Of a DNA stretch of 64,000 nt, positions 47,783-57,045 are shown in pieces; the stretch's first letter is position 1, and each line of letters opens with the position of its first letter. The notes under the pieces are model-generated. The model ran no database searches. It was given only the letters and a program-made list of their open reading frames with translations, and was not told the origin of the DNA. Made by a program: the position numbers and the translations under genes. The stretch is from Candidatus Latescibacterota bacterium (GTDB lineage: Bacteria > Latescibacterota > UBA2968), in NCBI GenBank assembly GCA_965204375.1, contig OZ241986.1, positions 2,752,001 to 2,816,000 on the forward strand, given 5' to 3'.

Positions 47783-49486
47783 TTGTTGTCTCAATTGCAT
47801 GTGATAAATTACGCCCTGATTGACGACATGGAAGTCGCATTTGGTAAAGGGTTAAATATCATTACGGGTGAAACCGGTGCAGGAAAGTCCATCCTGGTGG
47901 GGGCATTGGGGCTGATACTGGGTATGCGAGCAAGCCCCGATGTGATCCGCACAGGCGAAAAAAAATGTACAGTAGAAGCCATTTTTGAACTCTATCTTCA
48001 ACATCCGGCTCTCAAACTCCTGAACGCCCTGGGTATAGAGACAGAAGATGGTGAGCTAATTTTGCGGCGAGATGTACTATTAGAAGGGCGCAGTCGGTGC
48101 TACGCCAATGGCCTGTCCATTCCCGTGCGTACACTTCGTGAATTGGGCCGCGCGCTGGTCGATTTGCACGGTCAACACGACCATCAATCGCTTCTGAATA
48201 CCGATCAGCATCTGGACTTTTTGGACGGCTTTGGCGGCTTGCACACAGCACGCACACAGGTCGAAAAATCATATCATCAGGTGGTGCAGTTACAAAATCG
48301 GCTGATCGAAAAAACTGCCGTTGCCCAGCGCCAGCGAGAAAGGCGCGAACTGTTGGACTTTCAGATCAAAGAAATTCAGGCGGCAAAACCAGATCCCGGC
48401 GAAGACGAACGCCTACAACGCGAACAGTCCGTACTTTTACATGCAGAACGGCTACTCGAAATCGCCTATCAGATCGAACAGGTGCTTTATGAAGGCGAAC
48501 AATCCGTGGCCGATCAACTCGGCGAAGGCGCGCACCTCCTGAATGAGGCCGCGCAAATGGACAGCTATTTGGAGCCGATAGCCGAAGAACTCAATGGTCT
48601 GAGATACGGTGCAGAGGAACTGGCCCGCGCCTTTGGCGATTATGCCAATCGCGTAGAACACAATCCCCAACGCCTATCAGAAGTAACAGAGCGATTAGAA
48701 ACGCTGAACGCGTTGAAAAAAAAATACGGTGGCGATCTGGAAAGGGTCCTGTCCTATGAAAAAAAAGCCCAACAAGAATTGGAATTGACCGACGAACTCG
48801 AAGCATCTATAAAAAAAATTCAGATTAAAATTGACGATACGATGCAGAAGTTCGCACATTGTTGTGAGAAATTGTCAAAAGGAAGACACAAAGCCGCTGG
48901 CAAATTGTCAAAAGCGATATGCCGCGCATTGCGCGAACTGGGCATGCCCGATGTGCAATTTGACGTTCAATTGGATCGGCGTCCAGACCCTGAAGGCCTG
49001 ATTGAATGCGATGGGCAGCGATTTGAAGCGGGACCACGGGGCATAGAGCGCGGCGAATTTTTTCTTTCGACCAACCCGGGCGAAGCCATCCGCCCACTGG
49101 CAAAAGTGGCGTCGGGCGGTGAAATTTCGCGTATTATGCTGGCGATGAAAACCGTGCTGGCGCATACTGATTCGGTGCAAGTGTTAATTTTTGACGAAAT
49201 CGACATCGGAATTTCCGGGCGCATTGCAGAGGTTGTAGGCAAGAAATTGCGCGACCTATCAGAAACGTATCAAACCATTTCAATTACACATTTGCCACAA
49301 ATTGCAAAAATGGCTGATCGGCATTTTTCAGTCAGAAAAGAAGTAGTTGAGCAGCGTGCAGTAACCCGGGTGATCCCGCTGGATGAAGAGGCACGCGCTG
49401 GCGAACTCGCTTTGATGATGGGCGGCGAAGAGATTTCAGAACTGACCATGCAACACGCCCGCGAGATGCTGGCTGAAAAGCCATAG
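47783..49486 (+). CDS. recN: DNA repair protein RecN
   Basis: TGETGAGKS, HGQH, ASGGE.SR, IFDEID, ITHLPQ. Confidence 0.95.
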   Translation: MLSQLHVINYALIDDMEVAFGKGLNIITGETGAGKSILVGALGLILGMRASPDVIRTGEKKCTVEAIFELYLQHPALKLLNALGIETEDGELILRRDVLLEGRSRCYANGLSIPVRTLRELGRALVDLHGQHDHQSLLNTDQHLDFLDGFGGLHTARTQVEKSYHQVVQLQNRLIEKTAVAQRQRERRELLDFQIKEIQAAKPDPGEDERLQREQSVLLHAERLLEIAYQIEQVLYEGEQSVADQLGEGAHLLNEAAQMDSYLEPIAEELNGLRYGAEELARAFGDYANRVEHNPQRLSEVTERLETLNALKKKYGGDLERVLSYEKKAQQELELTDELEASIKKIQIKIDDTMQKFAHCCEKLSKGRHKAAGKLSKAICRALRELGMPDVQFDVQLDRRPDPEGLIECDGQRFEAGPRGIERGEFFLSTNPGEAIRPLAKVASGGEISRIMLAMKTVLAHTDSVQVLIFDEIDIGISGRIAEVVGKKLRDLSETYQTISITHLPQIAKMADRHFSVRKEVVEQRAVTRVIPLDEEARAGELALMMGGEEISELTMQHAREMLAEKP

Positions 49487-49506
49487 AAAGGTATAAGGAG
49501 CATAGT

Positions 49507-50655
49507 GTGAGACCGATAATTCCCAATGATCTCCGAGACATTGAAGAAAAAGTAAACCTGAGGCAACGTCTTTCTGCCGAAGATGGCATGCGGCTTTACG
49601 AGACACCCGACCTCAATGCCGTGGGATATTTGGCCAATATCTCGCGCGAACGCCTGTGTGGCAATGTGGCGTGGTACGTGCGGAACCAGCACATCAACTA
49701 TACCAACGTCTGCAACAAGCTGTGCAGATTTTGCTCCTTTTATGTAAAGCCAAAAGACGAGCGGGGCTATGTGTTATCGCCCGAAGATATTCAAAAGCGC
49801 GTATTGGAATACATCGACCTGCCCATTTCTGAAATCCACATGGTCGCGGGCATCAATCCCAAACTTCCCTATTCGTATTATCTCGACATCGTGCGCGCGG
49901 TCAAAGACGTGCGTCCCGATGTGGCGGTAAAAGCATTTACCGCAATCGAATGGGTGCAAATTGCGCGTATTGCAAAAAAGCCATTGAAAGATGTCATGAC
50001 CGAATTAAAAGCGGCCGGTGTATCGTCCATTCCCGGCGGGGGCGCAGAAGTATTTAGCGATCGCGTCCAGGAAGATTTATTCTGGACCAAAGCGGATTCC
50101 GAAGAATGGCTCGACGTAGCGCGCACGGCGCATGAAGTCGGCCTGCCTACCAATGCGACAATGCTGTACGGTCATATTGAAAACCCAAAAGAACGCATTG
50201 ATCATCTCGTGCGATTGCGCGAATTACAAGACGAGACCGGCGGTTTTTTGACGTATATTCCCCTGTCATTTCATCCCGAACGCACGGAATTAGAGCATTT
50301 GCCCGGCCCGACAGGCATCGCTGATTTAAGAGAAATTGCCGTGGGGCGATTGATGCTGGACAATTTCTACCACATCAAAACGTTCTGGATTATGAATACC
50401 ATTGAAATTTCACAGGTCGCTTTGTGGTATGGTGCAGACGATATCGACGGCACAATACAGGAATACGAAATTACGCGCCGTTCTTATGCAGAAACGCGAC
50501 AGGTGCTCACCCGCAAGCAGTTGGTCGAACGCGTTATAGAAGCCGGACGCGATCCCGTTGAGCGGGATAATCTATACAATATTTTATCGAGCGACCGAGA
50601 AATTTTAGAAGAGACACCCATCGGAATCCCAGGTGAAATACCAGTGATTTCGTGA
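49507..50655 (+). CDS. mqnE: Aminofutalosine synthase
   Basis: NQHINYTNVCNKLCRFC, KAFTAIE, PGGGAEVF, NATMLYGH, YGADDIDGT. Confidence 0.85.
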   Translation: MRPIIPNDLRDIEEKVNLRQRLSAEDGMRLYETPDLNAVGYLANISRERLCGNVAWYVRNQHINYTNVCNKLCRFCSFYVKPKDERGYVLSPEDIQKRVLEYIDLPISEIHMVAGINPKLPYSYYLDIVRAVKDVRPDVAVKAFTAIEWVQIARIAKKPLKDVMTELKAAGVSSIPGGGAEVFSDRVQEDLFWTKADSEEWLDVARTAHEVGLPTNATMLYGHIENPKERIDHLVRLRELQDETGGFLTYIPLSFHPERTELEHLPGPTGIADLREIAVGRLMLDNFYHIKTFWIMNTIEISQVALWYGADDIDGTIQEYEITRRSYAETRQVLTRKQLVERVIEAGRDPVERDNLYNILSSDREILEETPIGIPGEIPVIS

Positions 50656-50670
50656 TCTCCCAGGATTCGA

Positions 50671-51783
50671 ATGGAAAACGACATGATCGACGACATTGTT
50701 GAAAAAGTATATAACGAAGAGCGCATTTCCGCAGATGATGCCAAGCGCTTGTTTGCACATCCCAATGTGACCGAATTGGGCTTGTTAGCCGATGTGGTAC
50801 GACGACGCAAATGGCCCAAAGACCAGGTGACTTATAATATCGGGCGAAATATCAATTACACGAATGTGTGCTGGGTAAGATGTGATTTCTGTGCATTTTA
50901 TCGTCCGCCGGGATCCGACGAAGGCTATACATTGCCCAGAGAACAGATCTATGAAAAAATTGACGACCTCATTGCCGTGGGCGGCGACGTGCCAAAAGGC
51001 AGCGAAATTTTGATGCAGGGGGGCCTGAACCCAAAACTGCGCGTAGATTACTACGAAGACCTCTTTTCCTCAATACGCAATCGCTATCCTCAAATCCATC
51101 AGCATTGTTTGTCCGCCACAGAAATTATTTATATCGCGCATATCTCGCGGTTGTCACTCGAAAAATGCATCCGCCGCTTGCGCGATGCCGGACTGGATTC
51201 TATCCCGGGAGCTGGCGCAGAAATTTTGTCGGACGAAGTCCGCGACATCATCGGCTTTCGCAAAGACCGCGTCCACGAATGGCTTGCGGTACATCGCATT
51301 GCACACGAATTGGGCCTGCACACATCGGCGACCATGATGTATGGACATGTCGAAACCATTGAACAGCGAATAGAACATCTGGAACACATTCGCAATTTGC
51401 AGGATGCAACGGGGGGATTTACCGCATTTATCGCGTGGAATTTTCAGCCCGATTACACCGCCCTTGCCAACGATCAGGGGCGATGGAATGGTGTGAAAGC
51501 GACCGGATTTGACTATTTGCGAACCATCTCCATCGCGCGCCTATTTTTGGACAATATCAAAAGTTTTCAAGCATCGTGGGTAACGCAGGGAGCCAAGGTC
51601 GCGCAGGTCAGCTTAAAATACGGCGTAAATGATTTTGGCAGCACAATGATGGAAGAAAACGTAGTCAGTGCAGCGGGCACGAGCCATACGGATACCATGA
51701 CACTTCAAGAGATGCAACGGCTCATTCGGGATGCGGGATACGAGCCTGTAAGGCGAAATACGCGATATGAGATTTTGAATTAG
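50671..51783 (+). CDS. mqnC: Cyclic dehypoxanthinyl futalosine synthase
   Basis: RNINYTNVCWVRCDFCAF, MQGG, ASWVTQG, DFGSTMMEENVVSAAG. Confidence 0.88.
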   Translation: MENDMIDDIVEKVYNEERISADDAKRLFAHPNVTELGLLADVVRRRKWPKDQVTYNIGRNINYTNVCWVRCDFCAFYRPPGSDEGYTLPREQIYEKIDDLIAVGGDVPKGSEILMQGGLNPKLRVDYYEDLFSSIRNRYPQIHQHCLSATEIIYIAHISRLSLEKCIRRLRDAGLDSIPGAGAEILSDEVRDIIGFRKDRVHEWLAVHRIAHELGLHTSATMMYGHVETIEQRIEHLEHIRNLQDATGGFTAFIAWNFQPDYTALANDQGRWNGVKATGFDYLRTISIARLFLDNIKSFQASWVTQGAKVAQVSLKYGVNDFGSTMMEENVVSAAGTSHTDTMTLQEMQRLIRDAGYEPVRRNTRYEILN

Positions 51784-51795
51784 GGGTAAGTAGCA

Positions 51796-52587
51796 ATGCG
51801 TGTGCGTTTGGGCGTGGTGTCATACTTAAACACGCGGCCACTGGTTGAGGTGCTGCGCACGGGCGCGATTGATCGCGATTTCGAACTGATCTACGACGTA
51901 CCCTCGCGATGCGCCGAACGGCTGCACATGGGTGAAACCGATGTGGCATTGATCCCCGCAGTAGAAATTGGACGCGGACGTGATGCCTATCGGATAGTGC
52001 CCAATGTCGGCATTATTTCAAACGGGCCGGTTGGCAGCGTATTTATTGTACTGAACAAAGAACCCGAAGAAATTCAAACACTGGCTCTGGATCGCGGATC
52101 GCGCACATCAGCCGTGCTGGCGCAGATCGTACTGGCGCGACAATTCGGATGTCGGCCACAGGTATTTTTTCATCCCCCAGACATAGACGCAATGCTCAAA
52201 CGCGCCGATGCAGCCCTGTTGATTGGCGATCCCGCGCTTGCATTGCAACGCTATCGAATCCTGGACCTGGGCGAAATTTGGACACAGATGACAGGGTTGC
52301 CTTTTGTCTATGCCTGCTGGACCGGACGCCCCGATGCATTGACGCCATATCACATTGCCAAACTGATCGAAGCCAAAGAAAAAGGCAAGCTACTTATCCC
52401 CAGCATCGCAAAGGACTATGCCGCTGAAACCCGCACCCTGTCGCCCGCGTTTTATGCAGAATATCTAACCAGAAATATCCTCTACGATTTGGGCGATACC
52501 GAACTGGAAGGCTTGAAGCGATTTTATGCTTATGGTGTAGAACTCGGATTGATGGACGCAGTGCCAGATATCCGCTTCTATGTTTGA
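51796..52587 (+). CDS. mqnA: Chorismate dehydratase
   Basis: VSYLNTRPL, SRTS, LLIGDPAL, DLGEIW..TGLPFVYA. Confidence 0.9.
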   Translation: MRVRLGVVSYLNTRPLVEVLRTGAIDRDFELIYDVPSRCAERLHMGETDVALIPAVEIGRGRDAYRIVPNVGIISNGPVGSVFIVLNKEPEEIQTLALDRGSRTSAVLAQIVLARQFGCRPQVFFHPPDIDAMLKRADAALLIGDPALALQRYRILDLGEIWTQMTGLPFVYACWTGRPDALTPYHIAKLIEAKEKGKLLIPSIAKDYAAETRTLSPAFYAEYLTRNILYDLGDTELEGLKRFYAYGVELGLMDAVPDIRFYV

Positions 52588-52641
52588 ATTTAAAAATCGG
52601 CAATAGGCCGGTTTTTTTTATCGAAAACTGGAGAACTTGTG

Positions 52642-53892
52642 ATGCCCGAAAAAAACAAACCAATTCGCGTGGGCGTCGTCGGCGTGGGACGCGGGCGATC
52701 ATTTATGCGGGCGGCAGCACCGACGGGGATGGAACTGGTTGCAATTTGCGATACCTGGGAAGAGCGACTAAGACCCGAAGGCAAAGCACTCGGTGTATCG
52801 ACTTATGGAGATTACCAAGCATTTTTGGAACACGATATGGATGCGGTGGTACTCGCCAATTATTTTCACGAACACGCGCCCTTTGCCGTTGAGGCACTGA
52901 ACGCGGGAAAACACGTCATGAGCGAAACCGCTGCCTGCCATACATTGGGCGAAGGCGTCGCACTTGCGCGGGCGGTAGAGCGCAGTGGTAAAATTTATAT
53001 GTTTGCCGAAAATTATCCCTATACGGCGTACAATCAGGAAATGAAGCGGCTCTACCAAAAAGGACACGTAGGAGAATTTAAATACGGAGAAGGCGAATAC
53101 GTGCATCCCGATCCACCGGAAGTAAAATTGGGGCGCAGTTGCGGGCGCAATCACTGGCGCAACTGGATTCCCTCGACCTATTATTGCACGCATTCGATTG
53201 CCCCCGTAATGTACATCACGGATACGCGCCCCGTGAAAGTGAACGGATTTGTCATACCCTACGATTTTGGCGACATGACCAAAACCCTGCATATGAACCG
53301 CGCGGATACGGCAGGCGTGATCATCTGCAGGATGGACAATGACGCCGTAATGAAATCTCTACACGGCGCGTTGCGCGGGCACGGCAATTACGTCAGAATC
53401 CACGGCAACAAGGGCGTGATGGAAAACTGTCGGAACGGCGATAAATATCGGCTGCGCGTGTGGAGAGAGCCGTGGGAAAAGCCAAAAGGAGAACCGGTAG
53501 AAACCGTTTACAGACCGGATTTCCCAGTGCATCACGATCGCGCAACACAAGCCGGGCATGGCGGCGGCGATTTTTTCACGAGTTACCATTTCGCCGAAGC
53601 AATTCGCACGGGCGAGCAACCCTACCTCGACGTGTATCGCGGCATCGACATGAGTATCGCCGGCATTCAAGCATGGCGATCGGCACTCAGTGATTCGGCA
53701 CCGATGGAAGTACCCAATTTCCGCGATGAATCCATAAGAAAAAAATACGAACGAGATGATTGGTCACCTGATCCCACGCGCAAAAAACCGGGACAACCAC
53801 CAAGCAGTATTCTGGGAGAAATCGAACCATCCGATGGCGCCAAAGCACTGGCAAAAAAAGTCTGGGCAAGCAGGGGATACTTTGGAGAGTGA
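52642..53892 (+). CDS. Gfo/Idh/MocA oxidoreductase
   Basis: GVVGVGRG, HVMSET, YMFAENY, GEYVH, GHGGGD. Confidence 0.85.
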   Translation: MPEKNKPIRVGVVGVGRGRSFMRAAAPTGMELVAICDTWEERLRPEGKALGVSTYGDYQAFLEHDMDAVVLANYFHEHAPFAVEALNAGKHVMSETAACHTLGEGVALARAVERSGKIYMFAENYPYTAYNQEMKRLYQKGHVGEFKYGEGEYVHPDPPEVKLGRSCGRNHWRNWIPSTYYCTHSIAPVMYITDTRPVKVNGFVIPYDFGDMTKTLHMNRADTAGVIICRMDNDAVMKSLHGALRGHGNYVRIHGNKGVMENCRNGDKYRLRVWREPWEKPKGEPVETVYRPDFPVHHDRATQAGHGGGDFFTSYHFAEAIRTGEQPYLDVYRGIDMSIAGIQAWRSALSDSAPMEVPNFRDESIRKKYERDDWSPDPTRKKPGQPPSSILGEIEPSDGAKALAKKVWASRGYFGE

Positions 53893-53902
53893 GGATCTAA
53901 CC

Positions 53903-54295
53903 ATGATTGAAATAGCACAAGTAGCACTGGCGATTTACGGCATATTGTTAATTGTCGGAGGAATTATTGGGAAGGCGAAATCCGGGAGTTCAGCCTCCCT
54001 ATTCGCTGGCGCAATCTGCGGTATTGTTGCACTCGTTGGATACTGGCAAAGCCTGAGCGATCCCGCCGTTGGATTTTTGACCGGCGGATTGGTCGGCTTG
54101 TTGCTCACGGGCATATTTATGAGCCGATTTGTCCGCACGCGAAAATTTATGCCCGCGGGATTGGTCCTGCTGCTCAGTCTTCTGGTGGGTATTTTGACAA
54201 TGATGGCGAGACAGGAATACCTGTTAAATCGTGATAAACCAGCGGGAGAACTGACAAAAAAGGGCCAGGAACAATGTCCCTGGCCCAACGTCTGA
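53903..54295 (+). CDS. TMEM14 family membrane protein
   Basis: YG.LLIVGGIIG..K.GS..SL..G, RF.RTRKFMPAG. Confidence 0.85.
   Translation: MIEIAQVALAIYGILLIVGGIIGKAKSGSSASLFAGAICGIVALVGYWQSLSDPAVGFLTGGLVGLLLTGIFMSRFVRTRKFMPAGLVLLLSLLVGILTMMARQEYLLNRDKPAGELTKKGQEQCPWPNV
54256..54286 (-). terminator. Intrinsic terminator (minus strand)
   Basis: GGGCCAGG..CCTGGCCC followed by TTTTTT on the minus strand. Confidence 0.75.
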
Positions 54296-54313
54296 AGGGT
54301 CACAGCCTGAAAA

Positions 54314-54346
54314 TCAGGCGTTCACCTCCGAGTTAAAATGTTTCAC
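54314..54346 (-). CDS. Candidate 10-aa micro-ORF MKHFNSEVNA
   Basis: SD AAGGAGG 5 nt before GTG; lies between two terminators. Confidence 0.3.
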   Translation of the reverse strand: MKHFNSEVNA

Positions 54347-54451
54347 ATTAACCTCCTTTCGATATGCGCAACTCAGCTTCCGGAAAGCGTTTTGCGCGGT
54401 GGATGCCAATATATTAGCAAACCGCACCAACCCGTTGGTCCGGTTACATAA

Positions 54452-54473
54452 ACACCTGAATGGATGCAGTTTT
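54452..54473. promoter_or_regulatory. 22-bp motif, copy 2
   Basis: ACACCTGAATGGATGCAGTTTT; 19/22 identical to 55194-55215. Confidence 0.5.
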
Positions 54474-54512
54474 TCAGAAACGCAGTGTATTTTTATCGCG
54501 TCTTTTCCAACC

Positions 54513-54546
54513 AAAAACGCCTGAGCGTCGCGCCCAGGCGTTTTTT
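54513..54546. terminator. Terminator after the sigma-R4 gene
   Basis: AAAAACGCCTG..CAGGCGTTTTT. Confidence 0.75.
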
Positions 54547-54919
54547 AATTTGTGATGGCAATGCCGTGTTTGCGGCAGAGCTTGCGAAGTTTTTTCACAG
54601 CACCGCCTATGGATTTTCCATTTCGCGTAATACCGAACAAGTGCTGGCTGACCACCCGGCGCGAAATACCCATAATCTCGGAGATTTCCCGCTGGGTCTT
54701 GCCGTATTTGAAATACAAAACAGCAGCTTCAAATTGTCTTTGCGTAAGCGATCGATTTAAGAGCGTATCGATCTGTGGAATGAGACGTCTAACCCGATCT
54801 TCATATTTATAGCGCAAATTCTGGTCTTCGGGCGACTCGTACCACAGGCCAACATCATCCGGCATCATTTCCAGATCTGATTGATCTAATTGAACTTCCC
54901 AAAAATCAGGATTATACAT
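54545..54919 (-). CDS. Sigma70 region-4-like HTH-only protein
   Basis: LTQRQFEAAVLYFKYGKTQREISEIMGISRRVVSQHL..GAVKKLRK; no region 2; SD GGAGGAG. Confidence 0.8.
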   Translation of the reverse strand: MYNPDFWEVQLDQSDLEMMPDDVGLWYESPEDQNLRYKYEDRVRRLIPQIDTLLNRSLTQRQFEAAVLYFKYGKTQREISEIMGISRRVVSQHLFGITRNGKSIGGAVKKLRKLCRKHGIAITN

Positions 54920-55040
54920 ATGTCCGTTCGTCTCCTCCAGGGAATGAATATGTCGGGCGAAAAACCACCATACATACCAGACCCGCGGCTCCGGAGAGAC
55001 GATAAAACTGCGACGGACAGATAGTGAATGACCGAAGCAG

Positions 55041-55103
55041 CTACCTCACCGGAGGCGAACCGGGTATGTTATTTGTCGTAAATGCGAAAATTAAAGCCTC
55101 CAT
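55041..55103 (-). CDS. Candidate 20-aa leader peptide MEALIFAFTTNNIPGSPPVR
   Basis: SD AAGGAGG 4 nt before ATG; downstream of TTGACA (55169-55174), upstream of the sigma-R4 gene. Confidence 0.55.
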   Translation of the reverse strand: MEALIFAFTTNNIPGSPPVR

Positions 55104-55193
55104 GTTGCCTCCTTTCAAATAGACATACATAAACGATCACCTGCAAAATTGCGGAACTCTTACTGCATTGTCAAGACATACTTCTTCGCCCTT

Positions 55194-55215
55194 ACACCGG
55201 CATGGATGCACTTTT
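55194..55215. promoter_or_regulatory. 22-bp motif, copy 1
   Basis: ACACCGGCATGGATGCACTTTT, about 20 bp upstream of a TTGACA. Confidence 0.5.
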
Positions 55216-55225
55216 GGGTGCTCTA

Positions 55226-56557
55226 TCAAAAAGATTTTTTCTTTCTCAATTCATCCCACCAATCCATAAGCGCGCGAATGTGTTTTTCATAACCGCGATC
55301 TGTGGGATGATAATAGGTGCGGTCTCTCAAATTATCGGGAAGATACACTTGATCAACATATCCATCTGGATCGTCATGTGCATATTGATACCCCTTGCCG
55401 TAATCGAGATCTTTCATAAGCTTTGTCGGCGCATTGCGAATATGCAGAGGCACGGGCAAATTGGGATGCTTTTCAACATCGGAAAGTGCGTTATTATACG
55501 CGGCATAAACAGCATTGCTCTTGGGGGCTGTGGCGAGATAAACCGTCGCCTGAGCAATAGCTAAATCGCCCTCGGGACTGCCCAGAAAGTCGTAGGACTC
55601 GCGGGCATTGAGCGCAACTTGCAAAGCGCGCGGATCGGCAGTGCCCACATCTTCAGAAGCAAAGCGAATCATACGCCTCAAAATATAATGCGGATGCTCA
55701 CCAGACGCCATCATACGCGCGAGCCAATACAGTGAGGCCTGAGGATCGCTGCCGCGGAGACTCTTGTGAAAAGCCGAAATGATATTGTAGTGCTCTTCCC
55801 CTGTCTTATCGTAAAGATGAGCCTTGCGACCGAGAATTTCGCGCACCGTTTCTGGCGTGGGTTCGCAACCTGTAGCTTCAACAGCCGCAGCAACCGTTTC
55901 AAGCGCGTTTAGAGACCGACGGGCATCGCCCTCCGCAGTTTCGGCAATCAGATCCAAAGCCTGGTCATCAATCTGCAAATCGGGAAACCCGTGTTCCGAA
56001 TCGGCAATTGCGCGGTCCAGCACCTGGCGAATATGGGACGTATCGAGCAAATTGAGCACAAAAACGCGAGTGCGTGAAAGCAGGGCTGAATTGACCTCAA
56101 AAGAGGGATTCTCAGTCGTGGCACCAATGAGCGTAATAACACCATTTTCGACATGGGGCAGAAAAGCATCTTGCTGCGCTTTGTTAAAACGGTGAATCTC
56201 ATCCACAAAAAAAATCGTACGCCTGCCCAGGCGTAGCTCTTCTCGCGCTCGCGCAATAATCTCCCGCGCCTCCTTGATACCTGCAGTAACCGCGCTAAAA
56301 GACACAAAACGACTCTGCGTCGTACCGGCAATAACCCGAGCCAGCGTTGTCTTGCCCGAACCCGGTGGTCCCCAAAAAATCATGGACGGCAAGCGGTCAC
56401 TCTCGATAAGCACGCGAAGGGGCGCACCCGGTCCAACGAGGTGATCCTGTCCCACAATATCGTCCAGCACCTCGGGACGCAGGCGTTCGGCTAAAGGCGC
56501 GCCAGCCATCTCCTGTTCGGTTTGCGACACGGGTTTTAAAAAAAGGTCTTCATTCAT
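55226..56557 (-). CDS. rarA: Replication-associated recombination protein A (MgsA)
   Basis: PLAERLRP, WGPPGSGKTT, DEIHRFNKAQQD, ATTENPSF, SAFHKSLRGSD, GYQYAHD. Confidence 0.95.
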   Translation of the reverse strand: MNEDLFLKPVSQTEQEMAGAPLAERLRPEVLDDIVGQDHLVGPGAPLRVLIESDRLPSMIFWGPPGSGKTTLARVIAGTTQSRFVSFSAVTAGIKEAREIIARAREELRLGRRTIFFVDEIHRFNKAQQDAFLPHVENGVITLIGATTENPSFEVNSALLSRTRVFVLNLLDTSHIRQVLDRAIADSEHGFPDLQIDDQALDLIAETAEGDARRSLNALETVAAAVEATGCEPTPETVREILGRKAHLYDKTGEEHYNIISAFHKSLRGSDPQASLYWLARMMASGEHPHYILRRMIRFASEDVGTADPRALQVALNARESYDFLGSPEGDLAIAQATVYLATAPKSNAVYAAYNNALSDVEKHPNLPVPLHIRNAPTKLMKDLDYGKGYQYAHDDPDGYVDQVYLPDNLRDRTYYHPTDRGYEKHIRALMDWWDELRKKKSF

Positions 56558-56841
56558 AGCTCTCACCTCTCGCCAAAATATACTCAGATTCCCTTACTTT
56601 CGCCAATACTCGGAAAAGTGCTTGTGAGCGTATCTATATTCACTATTTTGAAGCCTATTCTCGCGTTTGGGTTGGACACTCTGACTGCTGACCACTTGGC
56701 GGAGTGGTGGCAGGCTGGCCTTCTCACTTTTCCATAGCTATACAAATTTATGTTGACCTCGGCACTTTCGTTTCTTACGATAGCACCGGATGTTACATAA
56801 AGAGACATACGCAACGCTTTGAAACACTGCGAGATATCAAT

Positions 56842-57045
56842 ATGCCGATTCAGATTGACAATGTAACCTATTATTCAGCAACCGAAGTGATAGGTGATTT
56901 GAATGTGTCACGCCAAACGCTCTGGCGGTGGCGAAATGAGGGCAAAGTTCCAGCCGGGCATCGGTATCGTAACAGGAGTGTTCTTTTCACCTCTGCTGAG
57001 GCCGAAGAGATTCGCCAGTTTGCCAATCGAATTGAACCTATATGA
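56842..57045 (+). CDS. AlpA/excisionase-like HTH protein
   Basis: YYSATEV..LNVSRQTLWRWRNEGKVP; ATGA overlap with the next gene. Confidence 0.75.
   Translation: MPIQIDNVTYYSATEVIGDLNVSRQTLWRWRNEGKVPAGHRYRNRSVLFTSAEAEEIRQFANRIEPI

Noticed and set aside
54416-54432. Sigma54 promoter TGGTGC..TTGCT before the 10-aa ORF
   Set aside because: Spacing is N3 rather than the required N5
56842-57045. Prophage or integrative element suggested by the excisionase-like HTH
   Set aside because: No integrase, tRNA target, att repeats or phage genes
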